Assembly: GCA_951406725.2 (NCBI GenBank)
Contig: OX597831.1
Span: 11,718,001-11,782,000, forward strand
Direction of reading: 5' to 3'
Source of the DNA: Octopus vulgaris
Lineage: Eukaryota
Length of the DNA stretch: 64,000 nucleotides
Of this stretch, positions 1 to 14,317 are shown piece by piece. The notes beneath the pieces were generated by a model. That model saw only the letters and a list, made by a program, of their open reading frames with translations. It did no database searches and was not told the DNA's origin. Positions within the stretch are counted from its first letter, which is position 1; each line of letters starts with the position of its first letter. Made by a program: the position numbers and the translations under genes.

Positions 1-71
1 ATACAATAGGACAGACATGTATACATACTCATACACACCGACACACAAGAGCACACACGCGCAGATATGTA

Positions 72-117
<46 letters not shown>

Positions 118-207
118 CATATAAACATATATCTATGTATATGTGAAGACATATATATGTATCTATCTATCCCTCTGTCTCTCTCTCTCTCTCTACACAC
201 ACACATA

Positions 208-264
<57 letters not shown>

Positions 265-610
265 GTATATATAGATACATGTATATATTCATATATATAT
301 ATATGTATACATATATAAATATATGCATGTGTGTTTGTGTGTGTATGTGTGTTTGCACATATATATATATATATATATATATATGAAACACTCAGACGCG
401 AGAACCTCACAGTGCCTAGCGCATGCGCACACATGCATATCCACGTAGCTAAAAACTATTCACTTATTAACCAAAACCTATCACTTTCTAACACACAATC
501 ATTCCTCCTCACACACCTCATCCTTACCATTCCATATGTGTATACCAGCATATATACACATATATATATAGATAGATGCCTACATACACATATATACACA
601 CATACTCATT

Positions 611-670
<60 letters not shown>

Positions 671-944
671 GTTCTGTGTGTGCGGAGAGGAATCACGCAC
701 ACTGACAACCGATTCCTAATAGATTTGTTGTTTGTTTTATTGAATTCTTTGTAGTCTGACATCGAGGTTATTAGTTTTGGCAATCTTAAACCAGTTAGAC
801 AGCGAAACATTTTTCCCAATGTACATTTGATTTCTCTCAATGCCCGCTAACTGTTTTCAAAAACAGCCATTTCTTTATTCTCTTTCGTCTCGCCGCCTTT
901 TCCACCATTGATGTATATATGTGTATGATTAGCTAATATATATA

Positions 945-990
<46 letters not shown>

Positions 991-1149
991 CCATACATAC
1001 GTATATATATGTGTGTATATATATATATATATGTATGTGTATCTTTGTGCGAAATGGGTGGGTATTTCGTTGTGTTGGGGTGATTATATATATTGTAAAC
1101 TTATCAATAACTCAATAAATATTACATATATAATATATACATATAATGC

Positions 1150-1196
<47 letters not shown>

Positions 1197-1316
1197 GGAA
1201 ATGTGCACATTTTTGTCTTTCATATTTCTATAGCATTTGTGACCACAATTTCATGCCAATAGCATTATCACATCTGTGATTTGTGTGCACGCATATATAC
1301 ATGTGTGTGTATGCAT

Positions 1317-1363
<47 letters not shown>

Positions 1364-2003
1364 CGTCTGTGTCTGTGGCTGTGTATGTGTCTGTTTTTAT
1401 CTATATGTGTGTAATCTTGTAAACTGATAACGCTCTTACATTTACGGACGAATACACATTTACAGGTATATACATTTTATGAATAATATATATATATATA
1501 TATACATTTATACAATGATATATAAGTCCCGTTAAACGAATACATCATCCTAAATAAGGATATGAAAAGTACATGTACATATATATTTACATACAGGCAC
1601 TTAAATATATATATATATATTCGTATTTTGTATTTATAGTTAAGTGTGTGTGTGTGTGTGTATGCGTGTGTGTTTGAGTTAGTATTCTGAGATAAAATAT
1701 ATGTATGTATAAAAAATTTTGCATTAGCCTACGTAGTATCTATCATTCTATCTTCTCTATCTAGCTATCTGTCTATCTGTTTCTCTCTTTCACTCTTTCT
1801 CTCTCTTTGTCTTTCTATATATAAATATGTATGCCTATGTATACACATAGATATACAAACATAAACGCACCTCATATATATATATATATATATATATAAA
1901 CATATAAATATATATGTTTGCATGTACGTATTATAAAATCATGGGAAGTGTGTAATACAAATTTTATGATACAAGTATATATGAATATTTGTATGTATAT
2001 GTA

Positions 2004-2056
<53 letters not shown>

Positions 2057-2812
2057 ATTTATATATATATATATATGTATGTATATATATTAAATGTACT
2101 ACTCTAGGCGCATTAATCAGCCAAGTTTATCAGTCAGATATATTTATGGTGTCGGCCATTTCACACCATAAACTTGCCTGTTAAAAGGTGTTATCTGCTA
2201 TAATTGCTGTTGTTGTTGTTGTTAATGTTGTTGATATTCTTTTTTATTGCTTTTTTAGTTATTATTATTACTCTTATGTTATACGTTGTTGTCATTCATG
2301 TTCTAATATGGCGGCTATAGGTTTCATAGTTATTTATAGCGGTTTTTCCTTTATCATTCACGTTGATGTTTAGTTCCGTATCGGGGCGAGATTAAGCAAA
2401 TTTATATAGCAAAACTATTTCAACCGTGACCAACCTGACTTTTGGAATGTATGGTAATTTATATGATGTACTTAGTTCTAATAATGATGCTGTGGTGTAT
2501 CTGGCGGCGAGGTATCAGCTAGCATTTTCAGGAATTTTGTGGAATAAGGCGCTAACCACAAATAACTAACCATCTGTCTCAGTTCTATACAGGTTCGGAG
2601 TGCTAAAACCTTTAAATGTACCTGGTTTTGGATCAAATAGCAGACGATGGGCCTGTGTGTAAGGTATTGCGAAGAAGACAGATGTCAAAACATCAGTGCA
2701 TAGACATCACCAGTAATACATTAACAGTTTCCTCTGTCTATGGCAGGCGTGGATAACTTTTTTCGAGAAGTGAGGCGCATGGGAAATGGCTCATTATCAG
2801 GAGTAGAATAAA

Positions 2813-3139
2813 AATCCCCTTCGGTCATGAATGACTTTGGGATTGCACCTAGAAATTTCCTCTCTGAGGTAGAAGTCCGGGCAATGTTGTTTATAGAAGA
2901 CCAGCGGTCGCTCCTGCATACCAATTCCCCTCCCCACATCACCGATATTATCCAAGGGAAAGACAAAGGTTGATACAGCTTGGCACCAGTGACGTCGCAA
3001 CTTATTCTTACAGCTAAGGAATTGGAGCAACGTGAAATAAAGTGTCTTGCTCAAGAACACAACACACAGCCCGGTCCAGGAATCGAACTCACTACCTCCT
3101 AATTGTGACCACGACGCTCTAACCACTGAGCCATACGCC
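2813..3139 (-). mobile_element. tRNA-derived SINE, family D, full length
   Basis: The minus strand reads GGCGTATGGCTCAGTGGTTAGAGCG (A box) ... GAGTTCGATTCC (B box), then GTGTTCTTGAGCAAGACACTTTATTTCACGTTGCTCC, ending CATTCATGACCGAAGGGG. A second copy lies at 44334-44630 (+). Confidence 0.85.
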
Positions 3140-3675
3140 TTCAGTACTACAAGCTGCACCGTACTACTAAGAAAATTCAGCTAATTTTTCGTTTAGGCAT
3201 GCCATTTAATGAATCTTCTGTGCCGCAGATTGCCCAGGGCTGGTATACGGGTAAAACAGGCTATATACATCAAGGTTAAACACAGCAGATATGCCCCCTT
3301 GATCCCCTAGCCTAAAAGTTAAACAGGTTCTGTGCCTCAAGGATAAGCTTGATGGACATGCTTCGATGTCACATGAACTAGTTTCCATGTCCAAGAGTTA
3401 AATAGATCCCTTACCTTACAGGTAAAACTCCTGGAGAATAGAAGAATGGCAGAACAGAGCAAATTGTACGTAACCCAACCGAGGGCAACGGGGACCCATT
3501 TCTGTCTTTCTCCCACCAAAATCATAAATCTTTAAAGAGCGAGTGAGGAAGATAGAGAAGTGTGAGAGAGACAACAGACAGGGTAAATTTCTTTAAGATG
3601 TATTGTAATTTCAGGGGCAATTGAGCTACTTTGTCGAGCTGACATAAAGAGGGAAAGGGAAAGAGAGAGAGAGGA

Positions 3676-3757
<82 letters not shown>

Positions 3758-4230
3758 AATGGTCTTCATAATTTAAGAAAGCATATTGTAATTTCAGAAA
3801 GATTAAGCTGCTATACCGTGCAGGCCAAAAGCCAAATAGATTCCATGCTCTTTCCTCCATTGGCTGCTTTTTTCTATGGAAATCCCTGAAAACTACGTCG
3901 AGGATACGCCGTGTGCTGAGTCCTCCGTCGCTTGCGATTTAATTCGCATATACAGGCTGTTCTGCTGATCGAATCGACTGCAAAACTCGTCGTCGTAACC
4001 GACGGAGTGCCCGTTGCTATTTTTTTTTGTTGCTTGTTTCTCTCTTTAGACTGTGGCAATGCTGGAGCACTGCACTAAAGAATTTTTAGTCGAATGAATC
4101 GACCTAGCACTTATTTTTCTCGTTCTAGTACTTTTTCTATCAGTCGGTTTTGCCGAACCGCTAAGTTACGGGGACGTAAATACACCACCATCGATTGTCA
4201 AGCGATGGAGGAGGAAATACATACACACAG

Positions 4231-4285
<55 letters not shown>

Positions 4286-4286
<1 letters not shown>

Positions 4287-5199
4287 TGGGTCATACCATA
4301 AATAATGCGGGGTTTTTTTTCAACTGTATGAACTAAAAGTCGGAGAACGACGGAATAAACTACCTGCATCAATTTGCTATAAAAATCTGGTCGTAATTTT
4401 ATCTTGTCCTTATTCTTAGTGTAAGTTTTGAAGAGTGCAGTTCGATTTTAACAGTTATTTTTCCAAAGCTATAATAGAAGTAACAAATGAGTATATTCAA
4501 CATATTTTGCTTTATGAGTTCAAAAAAGGCAACAACGCAACGGAAAGTGCGAGCAATATTAATGCAGTATATGGGGATCAGACAATAAGCATAAGTCAGT
4601 GTCAATGGTGGTTCCAGAAAACTATAGCCTAGAAGATGAGCCGCGTCCTGGAAGATCTGTAGGGCTCGACGAGGACGTCCTGCAAACTCTGGTGGAGCAA
4701 AATCTCATTGTAACTGTTGAGGAACTAGCACAGAAACTTGGATTTGGTCATTCAGCCATTGATCGACACCTGCGCTTGAAGAAAAATTATCATCTTTGGT
4801 TTCAAGACAAAAGGTGTTCTTCGATCAGGATAATGTTCGGCCACATACAGTGAGGATGACATTCCAAAGGCTGAAACAATTTCAAAGAGAAGCGATCTCC
4901 ACCCACTATATTCGCCGGACATTGCCCCATCTTATTATCATTTATTCCGCAGTCTTCAAAATCATATTGACGGTAAAAATAGGAATTCTGTAGCCGAGGT
5001 CAGAACAGTACTGAAGGTGTACTTTTCGTCACGGACAAGTGAATTTTGGAAGAGGGACCTTGCAAGTCTACCAAATAGATGGAAGAGCTTTGTAGAAAAT
5101 GAAGGAGAGTAAATTTTAGATTAAAAAAGAACTTTGTTTATCATAATTTTGAAAAATAAAAGACGTATTAAAAAACTACATTGCTTATGGGATGACCCA

Positions 5200-5200
<1 letters not shown>
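4286..5200 (+). mobile_element. Internally deleted mariner (Tc1/mariner) DNA transposon, transposase pseudogene
   Basis: Imperfect TIRs: TTGGGTCATACCATAAATAATG versus the reverse complement of the right end, TTGGGTCATCCCATAAGCAATG, with TA on both sides. Frameshifted peptides HILLYEFKKGNNATESASNINAVYG...QWWFQK, SLEDEPRPGRS, QDNVRPHT and HPLYSPDIAPSYYHLFRSLQN are mariner HTH and catalytic motifs. The central region is missing. Confidence 0.93.
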
Positions 5201-5238
<38 letters not shown>

Positions 5239-5271
5239 CGTGTGTGCGTGCGCGCGCTCGTGTGTGTGTGT

Positions 5272-5429
5272 AATCAAAATAAGCAACAAGTATATCCAAG
5301 GTAGAGTAGTACAATTGTTGCTTATTTTGATTATAATCACCCCATTGGATTTATATGGATCATACCATACAAAATTCTGGTGCCTCTGACTAAGTACCAT
5401 ATTCATCTGAATCTAAATTTTGCTGAACT

Positions 5430-5430
<1 letters not shown>
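5272..5430. repeat. Unclassified interspersed element next to (TA)n
   Basis: Begins ATCAAAATAAGCAACAAGTATATCCAAGGTAG, nearly identical to 27439-27470. Both copies abut microsatellite tracts. Confidence 0.55.
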
Positions 5431-5482
<52 letters not shown>

Positions 5483-6049
5483 GACGGGCTTCTTTCAGTT
5501 TCAGTCTACTAAATCCACTCACAAGGCTGTAGTCGGCACGAGGTTATAGTAGAAGAGACTTGCCCAAAGTGTCACACAGTGGGACCGAACCCGGAACCTT
5601 GTGGTTGGGAAGCAAGTTTCTTACAACTGTCATTACTCTGCGGCTATGCTGGGGCACCGCTTTGAAACGACGAACAGCCTCAATAGATTTCCGACCCTTA
5701 TATCAATGCTGAGTACATCATGGATCTTATCGCACTGAACGCAATTCGGTTGGTCACGCCTGGAAGGCCAACAGCAAAGTGCAATGACAGTTATTTCCGA
5801 TAGTACATAGGAACTTATGGCGAAAGTGCCAAAGGACTCTGTCCTAATGACCCTTACAGGGCACAAAAAATGGTTGGCGGGGTGCATGGGTATATATACT
5901 CTTTTATTCTTTTATCCTGCTATTCTTTTATTTGTTTCACTCAGGAGGTTGCGGTCATACTGGATCATCCCCTTTCTTTGGTTGATTTCTTCAGGTTGGT
6001 GGGATTTCAAAACACCTCTCCTATATAATATACTTTTTCCCTTCGTTGT

Positions 6050-6262
6050 TGGCTCATTTGGTTGTATGAGGGAGTTTGATATCGCCCTCCCTCATCTGTA
6101 CTTCATGCTGTGCCGTTCACTCATCCTGTATCGTGGATAGGATAATGTCCAGTTCCTTTCTGAAGACATCCGATTCCACATTGTGTAGGTTACTCAATTT
6201 TGGAGCCGGGTATTCAACACCTGTGGGCATTTGAAACCTAAGCTATTGCAGGACCTGGTTGA
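6050..6262 (-). pseudogene. CR1-like LINE ORF2 C-terminal fragment
   Basis: Manual translation with frameshifts gives CNSLGFKCPQVLNT / PKLSNLHNVESDVFRKELDIILSTIQDE* ... RAISNSLIQ, matching the CR1-group terminal pattern (GPxLFNxLP...FKxxLDxxLxxIPDEP...RAxSNSL). Confidence 0.65.
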
Positions 6263-6278
6263 AACTTTAGATGGTGGG

Positions 6279-6336
<58 letters not shown>

Positions 6337-6340
<4 letters not shown>

Positions 6341-6623
6341 TGGGGTACTTAAGTGTGCTCATGACTTAGTGTTTACTTCTTCCATGGGTATAAGCAAGTA
6401 TTTCATTTATTTCTTACCGTATTTATGGCTGACGAGGAGAAAATTCTTATGAATTAACTCTGAAATTGGGACCGATACGATAATAACGGAATTTTTTAGA
6501 AATTTCTGTCGGCTTCAAGATGCGGGCTTATAGTGATAAATTATATGGTTATTGACGATTTGTCTATTTTCGGCATATTTGGCATTAGAATTTTTTTTTC
6601 TTTTGCCCTTGTTTATAAGTTGT

Positions 6624-6625
<2 letters not shown>
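6337..6625 (+). mobile_element. (TA)n-embedded Penelope-like or retrozyme-like remnant with a decayed hammerhead motif
   Basis: Flanked by (TA)n on both sides. 6418-6479 reads CTGACGA-G-GAG..AATTC(TTAT)GAATT..CTC-T-GAAA. Its 3' ~85 bp match the arms of the palindrome at 45987-46173. Confidence 0.55.
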
Positions 6626-6700
<75 letters not shown>

Positions 6701-6799
6701 AACAAACTCATGTGTGTGTGCATTTGTGTATATGTATATATGTATCTATGTATGTATGTGCGTGAGCACATGTATGTAAGTGTATGTCTATGCGTGTGT

Positions 6800-7035
6800 T
6801 TTTGTTCTCGAGTTTTGTTGCCCACGACGGCTTGACGAGCAGTGTTAATTTGTTTACTTCTCCGTAACTTAGCAGTTCGGCAAAACCAACCGATAGAATA
6901 AGTGCCAAGTGTAAGAAAAAAAACAATGGGAAGCAAAGGGGTTGATTCGTTCGACTACAAACACTTAAGGGCGATGCTCCAGCACGGCCGCAGTGCAATG
7001 ACTGAAACAAGCAAAAGATGAGAAGATAGAAGATA
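6800..7035 (+). mobile_element. SINE family A, 3' half
   Basis: CCGTAACTTAGCAGTTCGGCAAAA...GATAGAATAAGT...GCTCCAGCACGGCCGCAGTGCAATGACTGAAACAAG, shared with the other copies. Confidence 0.8.
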
Positions 7036-7445
7036 TGAATATATATAGACATTCCCATCATCGAACCAGAGCAGTCCTTGTTATACGGTTCTATGCTAAA
7101 TAATGTTATCCCAGACATGATGCTCAGGGAGCAGATGGGTTTTTGTTTTCCTTATTTTTGGTTCAATCCTCGCTTAATTGTGCACCTGCGCAGAAATAAG
7201 CCATAGAATATAATAATATAAGACAAAAAAAAAACAAAAGCTAAAACACAAAAACAATCAAAACTGGATTAACAAGAACAACAATTACAAGTAACGCTTG
7301 GAGAACAGGAAAGTAATCAAGTAACCGCAACAGGAACAAGAAGAACATACACAAACGTTTCTCGTTATTACCTATTTGGCAATCTTCTCTCCAGATCTTG
7401 ACATTTGCGTCAATAGCAAATCCTTTTACATCCATATGTGTGTGG

Positions 7446-7750
<305 letters not shown>

Positions 7751-8341
7751 ACAACGCCATATAATAGTGGCGACAGTAAAACAACGCCAATAATAGTGGC
7801 GACAGTACTACTACTACTACTGCTGCTGCTACTACTACAGTAGCTACTACTACTACTACTACTACTACTACAACTACAACTACTACGGGTGTTGCTGCTG
7901 CTACTAGCAATACTGGCGTTGACGACAGTGACTTCGACCTCGTCGTCATCATCGTCATCTCCATCATCATCGCCATCTTCATCATCATAAACGCAACCAT
8001 GATGACCATGATGATGATGATGATAACCATCATCATCATCCTCATCGTCGTCATCATAAGGAACGAGGAGGAGGAGGTGGAGGAGGAGGAAGGAGGTAGA
8101 CGATGGTCGTTGACAACGTCTTTCTTGTTGTAGCCGACGTCTTTGCCGCCGTCGCCTTCATCATCTACAAAGACGTTTTGATGAAATCTAAGTCGTATTA
8201 TCGCTATAGGTGTTTATCTTATAACACAGCCCTTGTTTCATTTGTATTATCACGATATATACGCACGATATATACATACATACATAAATACATACACACA
8301 CACGCATGTATACATACATACATGTTTATTTATATATACCC

Positions 8342-8398
<57 letters not shown>

Positions 8399-8434
8399 AT
8401 ATATGTATATATATATATATATAAGTATGTATGT

Positions 8435-8468
<34 letters not shown>

Positions 8469-8475
8469 GTATATA

Positions 8476-8521
<46 letters not shown>

Positions 8522-8731
8522 GATATAGATATATATGTATATTTACAGACAAACGTAAATGCTTACGTACATATATATGTATGTGTATATATAAGCAGAC
8601 ATACATTCTTATAAACAAACGAATACATACATCTACACAAACATACCTAGTACCTAGGGCATATATAGACATGTAGCCAGAGACAAACGCATACTTACAT
8701 ACACGTCTCTCCTCACTCTTTAGACACACAC

Positions 8732-8794
<63 letters not shown>

Positions 8795-8863
8795 TATAAA
8801 TACATATATATATATATATGCAAGCACCCAGGTACACATCCATCTATCCATCCATCCATACAT

Positions 8864-8936
<73 letters not shown>

Positions 8937-9481
8937 CATATATATATGTATATATATATACATACATACATACATAGAAACATACATATACGAAAGTACA
9001 CACACACGATCTCTCTTATCTAAGCGTTATCGCCACACTTATCAAATTGTCGACAATATACCTCATTATTGACAAACGTCTCTCCATCTTTCTTCCGTGT
9101 CCTATTACAATTTACAAGTTATTGTTGTAATTACAAATGTACTGGTTGTTTTAGTTGTTGTTGTTGTTGTTATTGTTCATTATGTGAGTTTTACCGTCTT
9201 CTTGCTTCATTTTCTACTATATAATCCCCACCCGTTTTTTTTTTTTTTTTTCCTTCTGTCTCTTACCTTTCGTTATATATTTGCTTGTGTATATAGTTAT
9301 TGGTTGCATAGAATATAGTCAGAATGTCGTAGGTATGTATCCAGGCAGCAGATGCTTTTGGCGAACCATGTCCGTAATACAGTCTTCATTTCAGTTCGGA
9401 AGCCAATTCTAATTGCTTTGGATTTGTAATGCCGTTGGGATCAGCCTCAAACGAACATACGATACTACTCTATATTATGTG

Positions 9482-9548
<67 letters not shown>

Positions 9549-9863
9549 CATATACATATACACACATACATGCACACACACACACACACATATATATATG
9601 TATGAATGTATATACGATATACATATATACATATATGTGTGTGTGTGTGTGTGTATGTGTGTGTGTATGAATGTATATACAATACACATACATATATATA
9701 TATATATATATATTTATATATTTATATATATATATATGTATATATATACATGTATAAATATTTATATATATATATATATCAATATATACACATTATATGT
9801 GTGTATGTGTGTGTCTGTGTGTGTATATGTGTGTGAGTGTCTGTGTGTCTGTGTGTGTGTGTG

Positions 9864-10905
9864 TTAAGAGAAAGTTACCTGTGGTTGTCGATTCATTCGT
9901 CTACCTTGGAAGCTCTGTACAAAATGATGGAAATCTTGATACAGAAATACAGCTTCGAGTTCAAAGGACAGCAAAAGCATTTGGTTGCTTGGAGTCAGGC
10001 GTTTGGTGCCATCGACATATAAATAGGAATACAAAGCTGGCTCTTTACAAATCATTTGTCTTGCCATCTCTGTTGTATTCCTGTGAAACTTGGACTTGTT
10101 ATGGAAGGCAATTTACATTGTTAGAACAATTCCACCAAAAATGCCTTCATTTCATTTTGAAAATTAAATGGCGTTCTTTTACTCCAAACACAGGTGTCCT
10201 TGCATCTGCAGGCATCACCTCAATTAAAGCTATGATTTTAAGGAACCAAATGAGATAGTGTGGCCATATTGTTTGAATGGTGAATGAACACATTCTGAAA
10301 CAGCTGTTTTATGTTGAGCTTGCAGTGGGGAAACGCTATCGGTGAAAACCTAAAAAGAGGTTTAAGGACGGCATAAAGATTACTATGAAGTTACTTGGAA
10401 TGGATCCAGAAGACATAGAAACCCTTGCTTCGGATTGAGTTGGATGGCAAACAAAAGTGTGGAGTGGAGTGAAAGTATTTGAAGAGGCCAGGATAATGCA
10501 TGTAAGACTCAAAAGAGATCTAAGACCGAAAAGGTGAATGACAATGACCTTTTTTGTGTGCACAGTCTGTGACAGACCAGGCCTGTCTTTTACTGGCCTC
10601 AAATTTCTTCTGCGAATGCATGGAAAACGAACCTCCAACTATTCTGCCTATATGTCCCTGCACACCTTTGAATGCAGTGCATGCCAGAAGGATCGCAAAT
10701 CCAATGTAGACCTCAAAAGACATTTTAAGATCCACAAAGAGCAGAACTTATCTGCACCACTTGGTGGTCCAAATTGGAGGTGCAATCTATGCGAGTGTCT
10801 TTTCAGAACATTGTCTGCTTTAAGAAGCCGCATCAGCTGCTATGATGGTTCTAAAGTGTAGGTACAGGAGGTGGTCAAACTCTGCATAAGTAGACAACTA
10901 CCACA
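9864..10905 (+). mobile_element. 5'-truncated RTE-clade LINE (RT thumb and C-terminus with three C2H2-type fingers), pseudogenised
   Basis: VVDSFVYLGS...EIQLRV...TKLALYKSFVLPSLLYSCETWT...LEQFHQKCLHFILKIKW...QMR*CGHIV*M...KQLFYVEL..GKR..KPKKRFKD are RTE/BovB-type motifs, with several in-frame stops. The ORF at 10538-10861 carries CxxC-x12-HxxxH motifs. Confidence 0.92.
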
Positions 10906-10913
10906 TTTATGTG

Positions 10914-10964
<51 letters not shown>

Positions 10965-11068
10965 ATATATGTATAATGTTTTTCTATATGGCATGATTTA
11001 AGTATATCATTGTTGAATTGCTTCATGGTGATAGATAGATAGACAGCCAGATAGACAGACATACAGAT

Positions 11069-11390
11069 ATGTTTCTTTATTAGCCACACAGGGCTGCACA
11101 CAGACGGGGCAGATTACAAAGTAGAGCTTTTCTTTTTGGGGAGAGAAAAAAAAAGGTGGGGTAGGTTTTCGATCAAAAGGGGTCGTAGAAGGGAAAGAAG
11201 AAAAAAAATGATCAATAGGGATCGTGTATTACAGTGTCATGATGTAAAGTGTAAAGAGGGAAGCAGATAAGGTTTATCCGTGGGATGAAAAGCCTACGAA
11301 AAAGACCACGGTAACCACGGTCAATAATGTTACATGTTACCACATTTGTTTGCAAGTAGGTAACCCTCTGTTTTAAATTTTCCGGGTCCA
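11069..11390 (-). mobile_element. Tx1/L1-clade LINE, 3'UTR-only copy
   Basis: Colinear with 16583-16963 (GTTTCTTTATTAGCCACACAGGGCTGCACACAGA...AAAGACCACGGTAACC). GATA/GACA repeats lie on both sides. Confidence 0.85.
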
Positions 11391-11409
11391 GACAGACAGA
11401 CAGACAATC

Positions 11410-11506
<97 letters not shown>

Positions 11507-11794
11507 CTCAGATTGAGTCGTAATTTTAATAGTTTTCATCGAAAGGATTTCCTCCCTTGACCATCCCACCTTACCATAACTACGAACGACGACATTTTCC
11601 AAAATATCCTTCCCTTTTCACAGGCACAACGGCAGGGTTCCAGACACATATGGCTGTTATTTCAGTCGGATACAGCACTCATATTGAAAGCATTTCATTG
11701 GTCGAACAACACATCTACTTTTGCTTGAATAAGTATGCACATACTGTATGTATGTGTGCATGTATGTATATATGTATACGTATATGTTTGTATG

Positions 11795-12263
11795 CTATAT
11801 ATGTATATATATATATGCATGCATGTGTGTGTGTTTGCTTGTCTGTGTGTATACATCTATGTATAAATGTGCGTATATGTGTGTATATATGTCTGTATGT
11901 CTGAATGTATATATATATATATATCTTTGCGTATGTGTGTATGTGTCTACGTTCGCATGGGTGTGTCAAGTTATCGCATTCCCCGCCACTTTCCTATTCC
12001 TCTCGTGTAATTCCAAGTTTTTCTCTCTTTAGACTCTTTTCTTTCATTCTTTTCTGTTTTAATCAATCTGTCTGTCTGTCTGTCTATATATGTATATATA
12101 TATATGCATGCATGTGTGTGTGTTTGCTTGTCTGTGTGTATACATCTATGTATAAATGTGCGTATATGTGTGTATATATGTCTGTATGTCTGAATGTATA
12201 TATATATATATATCTTTGCGTATGTGTGTATGTGTCTACGTTCGCATGGGTGTGTCAAGTTAT
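11795..12263 (+). repeat. Direct duplication of about 180 bp (11795-11974 and 12084-12263), period 289
   Basis: Both copies end ...GTCTACGTTCGCATGGGTGTGTCAAGTTAT and are essentially identical throughout. Confidence 0.9.
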
Positions 12264-12297
12264 TTCTGTTTATATATCTATCAATATATCTGTCTAT

Positions 12298-12353
<56 letters not shown>

Positions 12354-12694
12354 AGCTGTCTGTCAATCTATCTTTCTATCCATCTATCTGTCTGTCTGTC
12401 TGTCTATCTAACTAGCTGCCTGTCCATCGTTTTCTGTAGACGCACACTCACACACATAATGACTATCTATCTATCTATCTACATATATCTGCTTGTCCGT
12501 TTCTGTATCCATTTTCATGTACATGTTTTTATCTGTCAATACTCACATACTTATATATGTAATTAACTCTTTTTCTCTTCCTCTCTCTCTCTTTACCCCT
12601 TCTCCATCTCATTTTTCACATTATACATACACACACACACACACACTTATATATATATATATATATATAGCGAGCGAATGAGCGAGCAATCTGC

Positions 12695-12945
12695 CTGCTT
12701 AGTTTATCTATATTCATTGCTGACACATCTGTCATAAATTGTTCTCAAGCTTGGAGAGGTAGGTTGACGACGAAAGAGGTGCAGAACGACAAGAAAATTG
12801 TAGCGGCCATTTTACTTCCTTTTCGCTGTCAAAAGGCATGACAACTTTAAGCAACGTACAGAGGCGGCATAATTGAAAGATAGGGATGTTCACAGGAAAT
12901 ATTTTGAATTGATTCAATTATAAAGTAATTACTGCTCGTCACGTT
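12695..12945. promoter_or_regulatory. Unique island, candidate enhancer
   Basis: Non-repetitive sequence with clustered TGACA/TGTCA (TALE-class) sites, CATAAA and TAATT homeodomain-type sites, and no ORF. Motif inference only. Confidence 0.25.
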
Positions 12946-13176
12946 TCTTTCTTTCTTTTTTCTTTATTATTTTTTTTTTGTCTTTTTTTATGACAAAATG
13001 GTTTTTGCCGGTTTATTTTCTTTGTTTTCCACCATTTTGTTTCTTTACCCAAGTTTTCGTTATTCCACTTATTACGGATAATATTACGCCCGGTTTATTT
13101 ATTTTCCTCATAAACATCAGATCAAAGTACAGCTTTGCGATGTAGGGATATTGTCGAATCTGAAGTTAGTGAAAGG

Positions 13177-13273
13177 AAGAAGAAGAAGAAGAAGAAGAAG
13201 AAGAAGAAGAAGAAGAAGAAGAAGAAGAAGAAGAAGAAGAAGAAGAAGAAGAAGAAGAAGAAGAAGAAGAAGA
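13177..13273. repeat. (GAA)n microsatellite; similar tracts at 15449-15581, 33103-33219 and 46800-46925
   Basis: Direct reading. Confidence 0.97.
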
Positions 13274-13551
13274 AAACAAATATATAGAAAAACGAAAGAA
13301 CAACAGAAAGAATGACAGAACTGAGCGAGAGAAATGAGCTGGTCGGGGATTGTGGGTGGGGCCGGGGTGGCGTTAAAGTAGTTGACGCAGTAATGGCGGC
13401 GGCGGCGGCGGTGGTGTTGGAAGATGTGATTATAAGAGCAGGCCAGTTGAATTATGTCCCGCGTAACCATGATGATGATGATGATGATGATGATGAGTTT
13501 CATTATCAACACTGTTCGTTTTAGAATTATTAAAGATGACCGGTGCAATTG

Positions 13552-13552
<1 letters not shown>

Positions 13553-13602
<50 letters not shown>

Positions 13603-13621
13603 TTCATTGCCGTCGTTATCG

Positions 13622-13655
<34 letters not shown>

Positions 13656-13798
13656 TATCATCATCGTCATCATCCTCATCACCGCCACCACCACCACCAC
13701 CACCATCTTCATCATCATCATCATCATCATCATTCGTCGTCATCGTCGTAATCACCACCACCATCATCATCATTATCATCATCATCTTCATCATCATC

Positions 13799-13892
<94 letters not shown>

Positions 13893-13904
13893 ACATCATC
13901 ATCG

Positions 13905-13961
<57 letters not shown>

Positions 13962-14130
13962 ACATCATCATCGTCATCATTACCGTCAATCGTCATCATC
14001 GTCATCCTCACTATCATCATCATCGTCATCACCACCGTCGATCATCACCATCGTCATCGTTGTCGTTATCGCTGTCATCGTGACCGCCGCCACCGCCGTT
14101 CTCATCGTCAGCATCATTACCGTCATCAGC
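13553..14130. repeat. Compound (CAT)n/(CAC)n/(CGT)n trinucleotide tract
   Basis: Direct reading; it is the source of the poly-H/S/I/M/D ORFs. Confidence 0.95.
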
Positions 14131-14248
14131 TTAGCGATGCCGTTGGAAACAGCAAAATATAAGTAATTCAATCACGCGTTTGCGCATGTGTAAACAAGTG
14201 TGTTTCTGTATAAAGTTTATGGTTGGCTGTCTGAGTATGTTTGTGTGT

Positions 14249-14317
<69 letters not shown>

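Larger units (their letters stand above)
4030..5625 (-). mobile_element. SINE family A (tRNA-like head, CORE-like TTGGGCAAGT segment, internal microsatellite), split by nested insertions
   Basis: The 5' half (5481-5625) and 3' half (4030-4215) match the uninterrupted copies at 22510-22865 and 33420-33850. The mariner and a short unknown insert lie in its internal (CA)n/(TA)n tract. Confidence 0.75.

Noticed and set aside
10538-10861. Host C2H2 zinc-finger gene exon
   Set aside because: It directly continues a decayed RTE ORF, lacks TGEKP linkers, and two of the three fingers are mutated.
13117-14171. Long poly-Met/Asp/His/Ser/Ile ORFs (up to 290 aa)
   Set aside because: (CAT)n is open in all frames on both strands, with no unique coding sequence or splice context.
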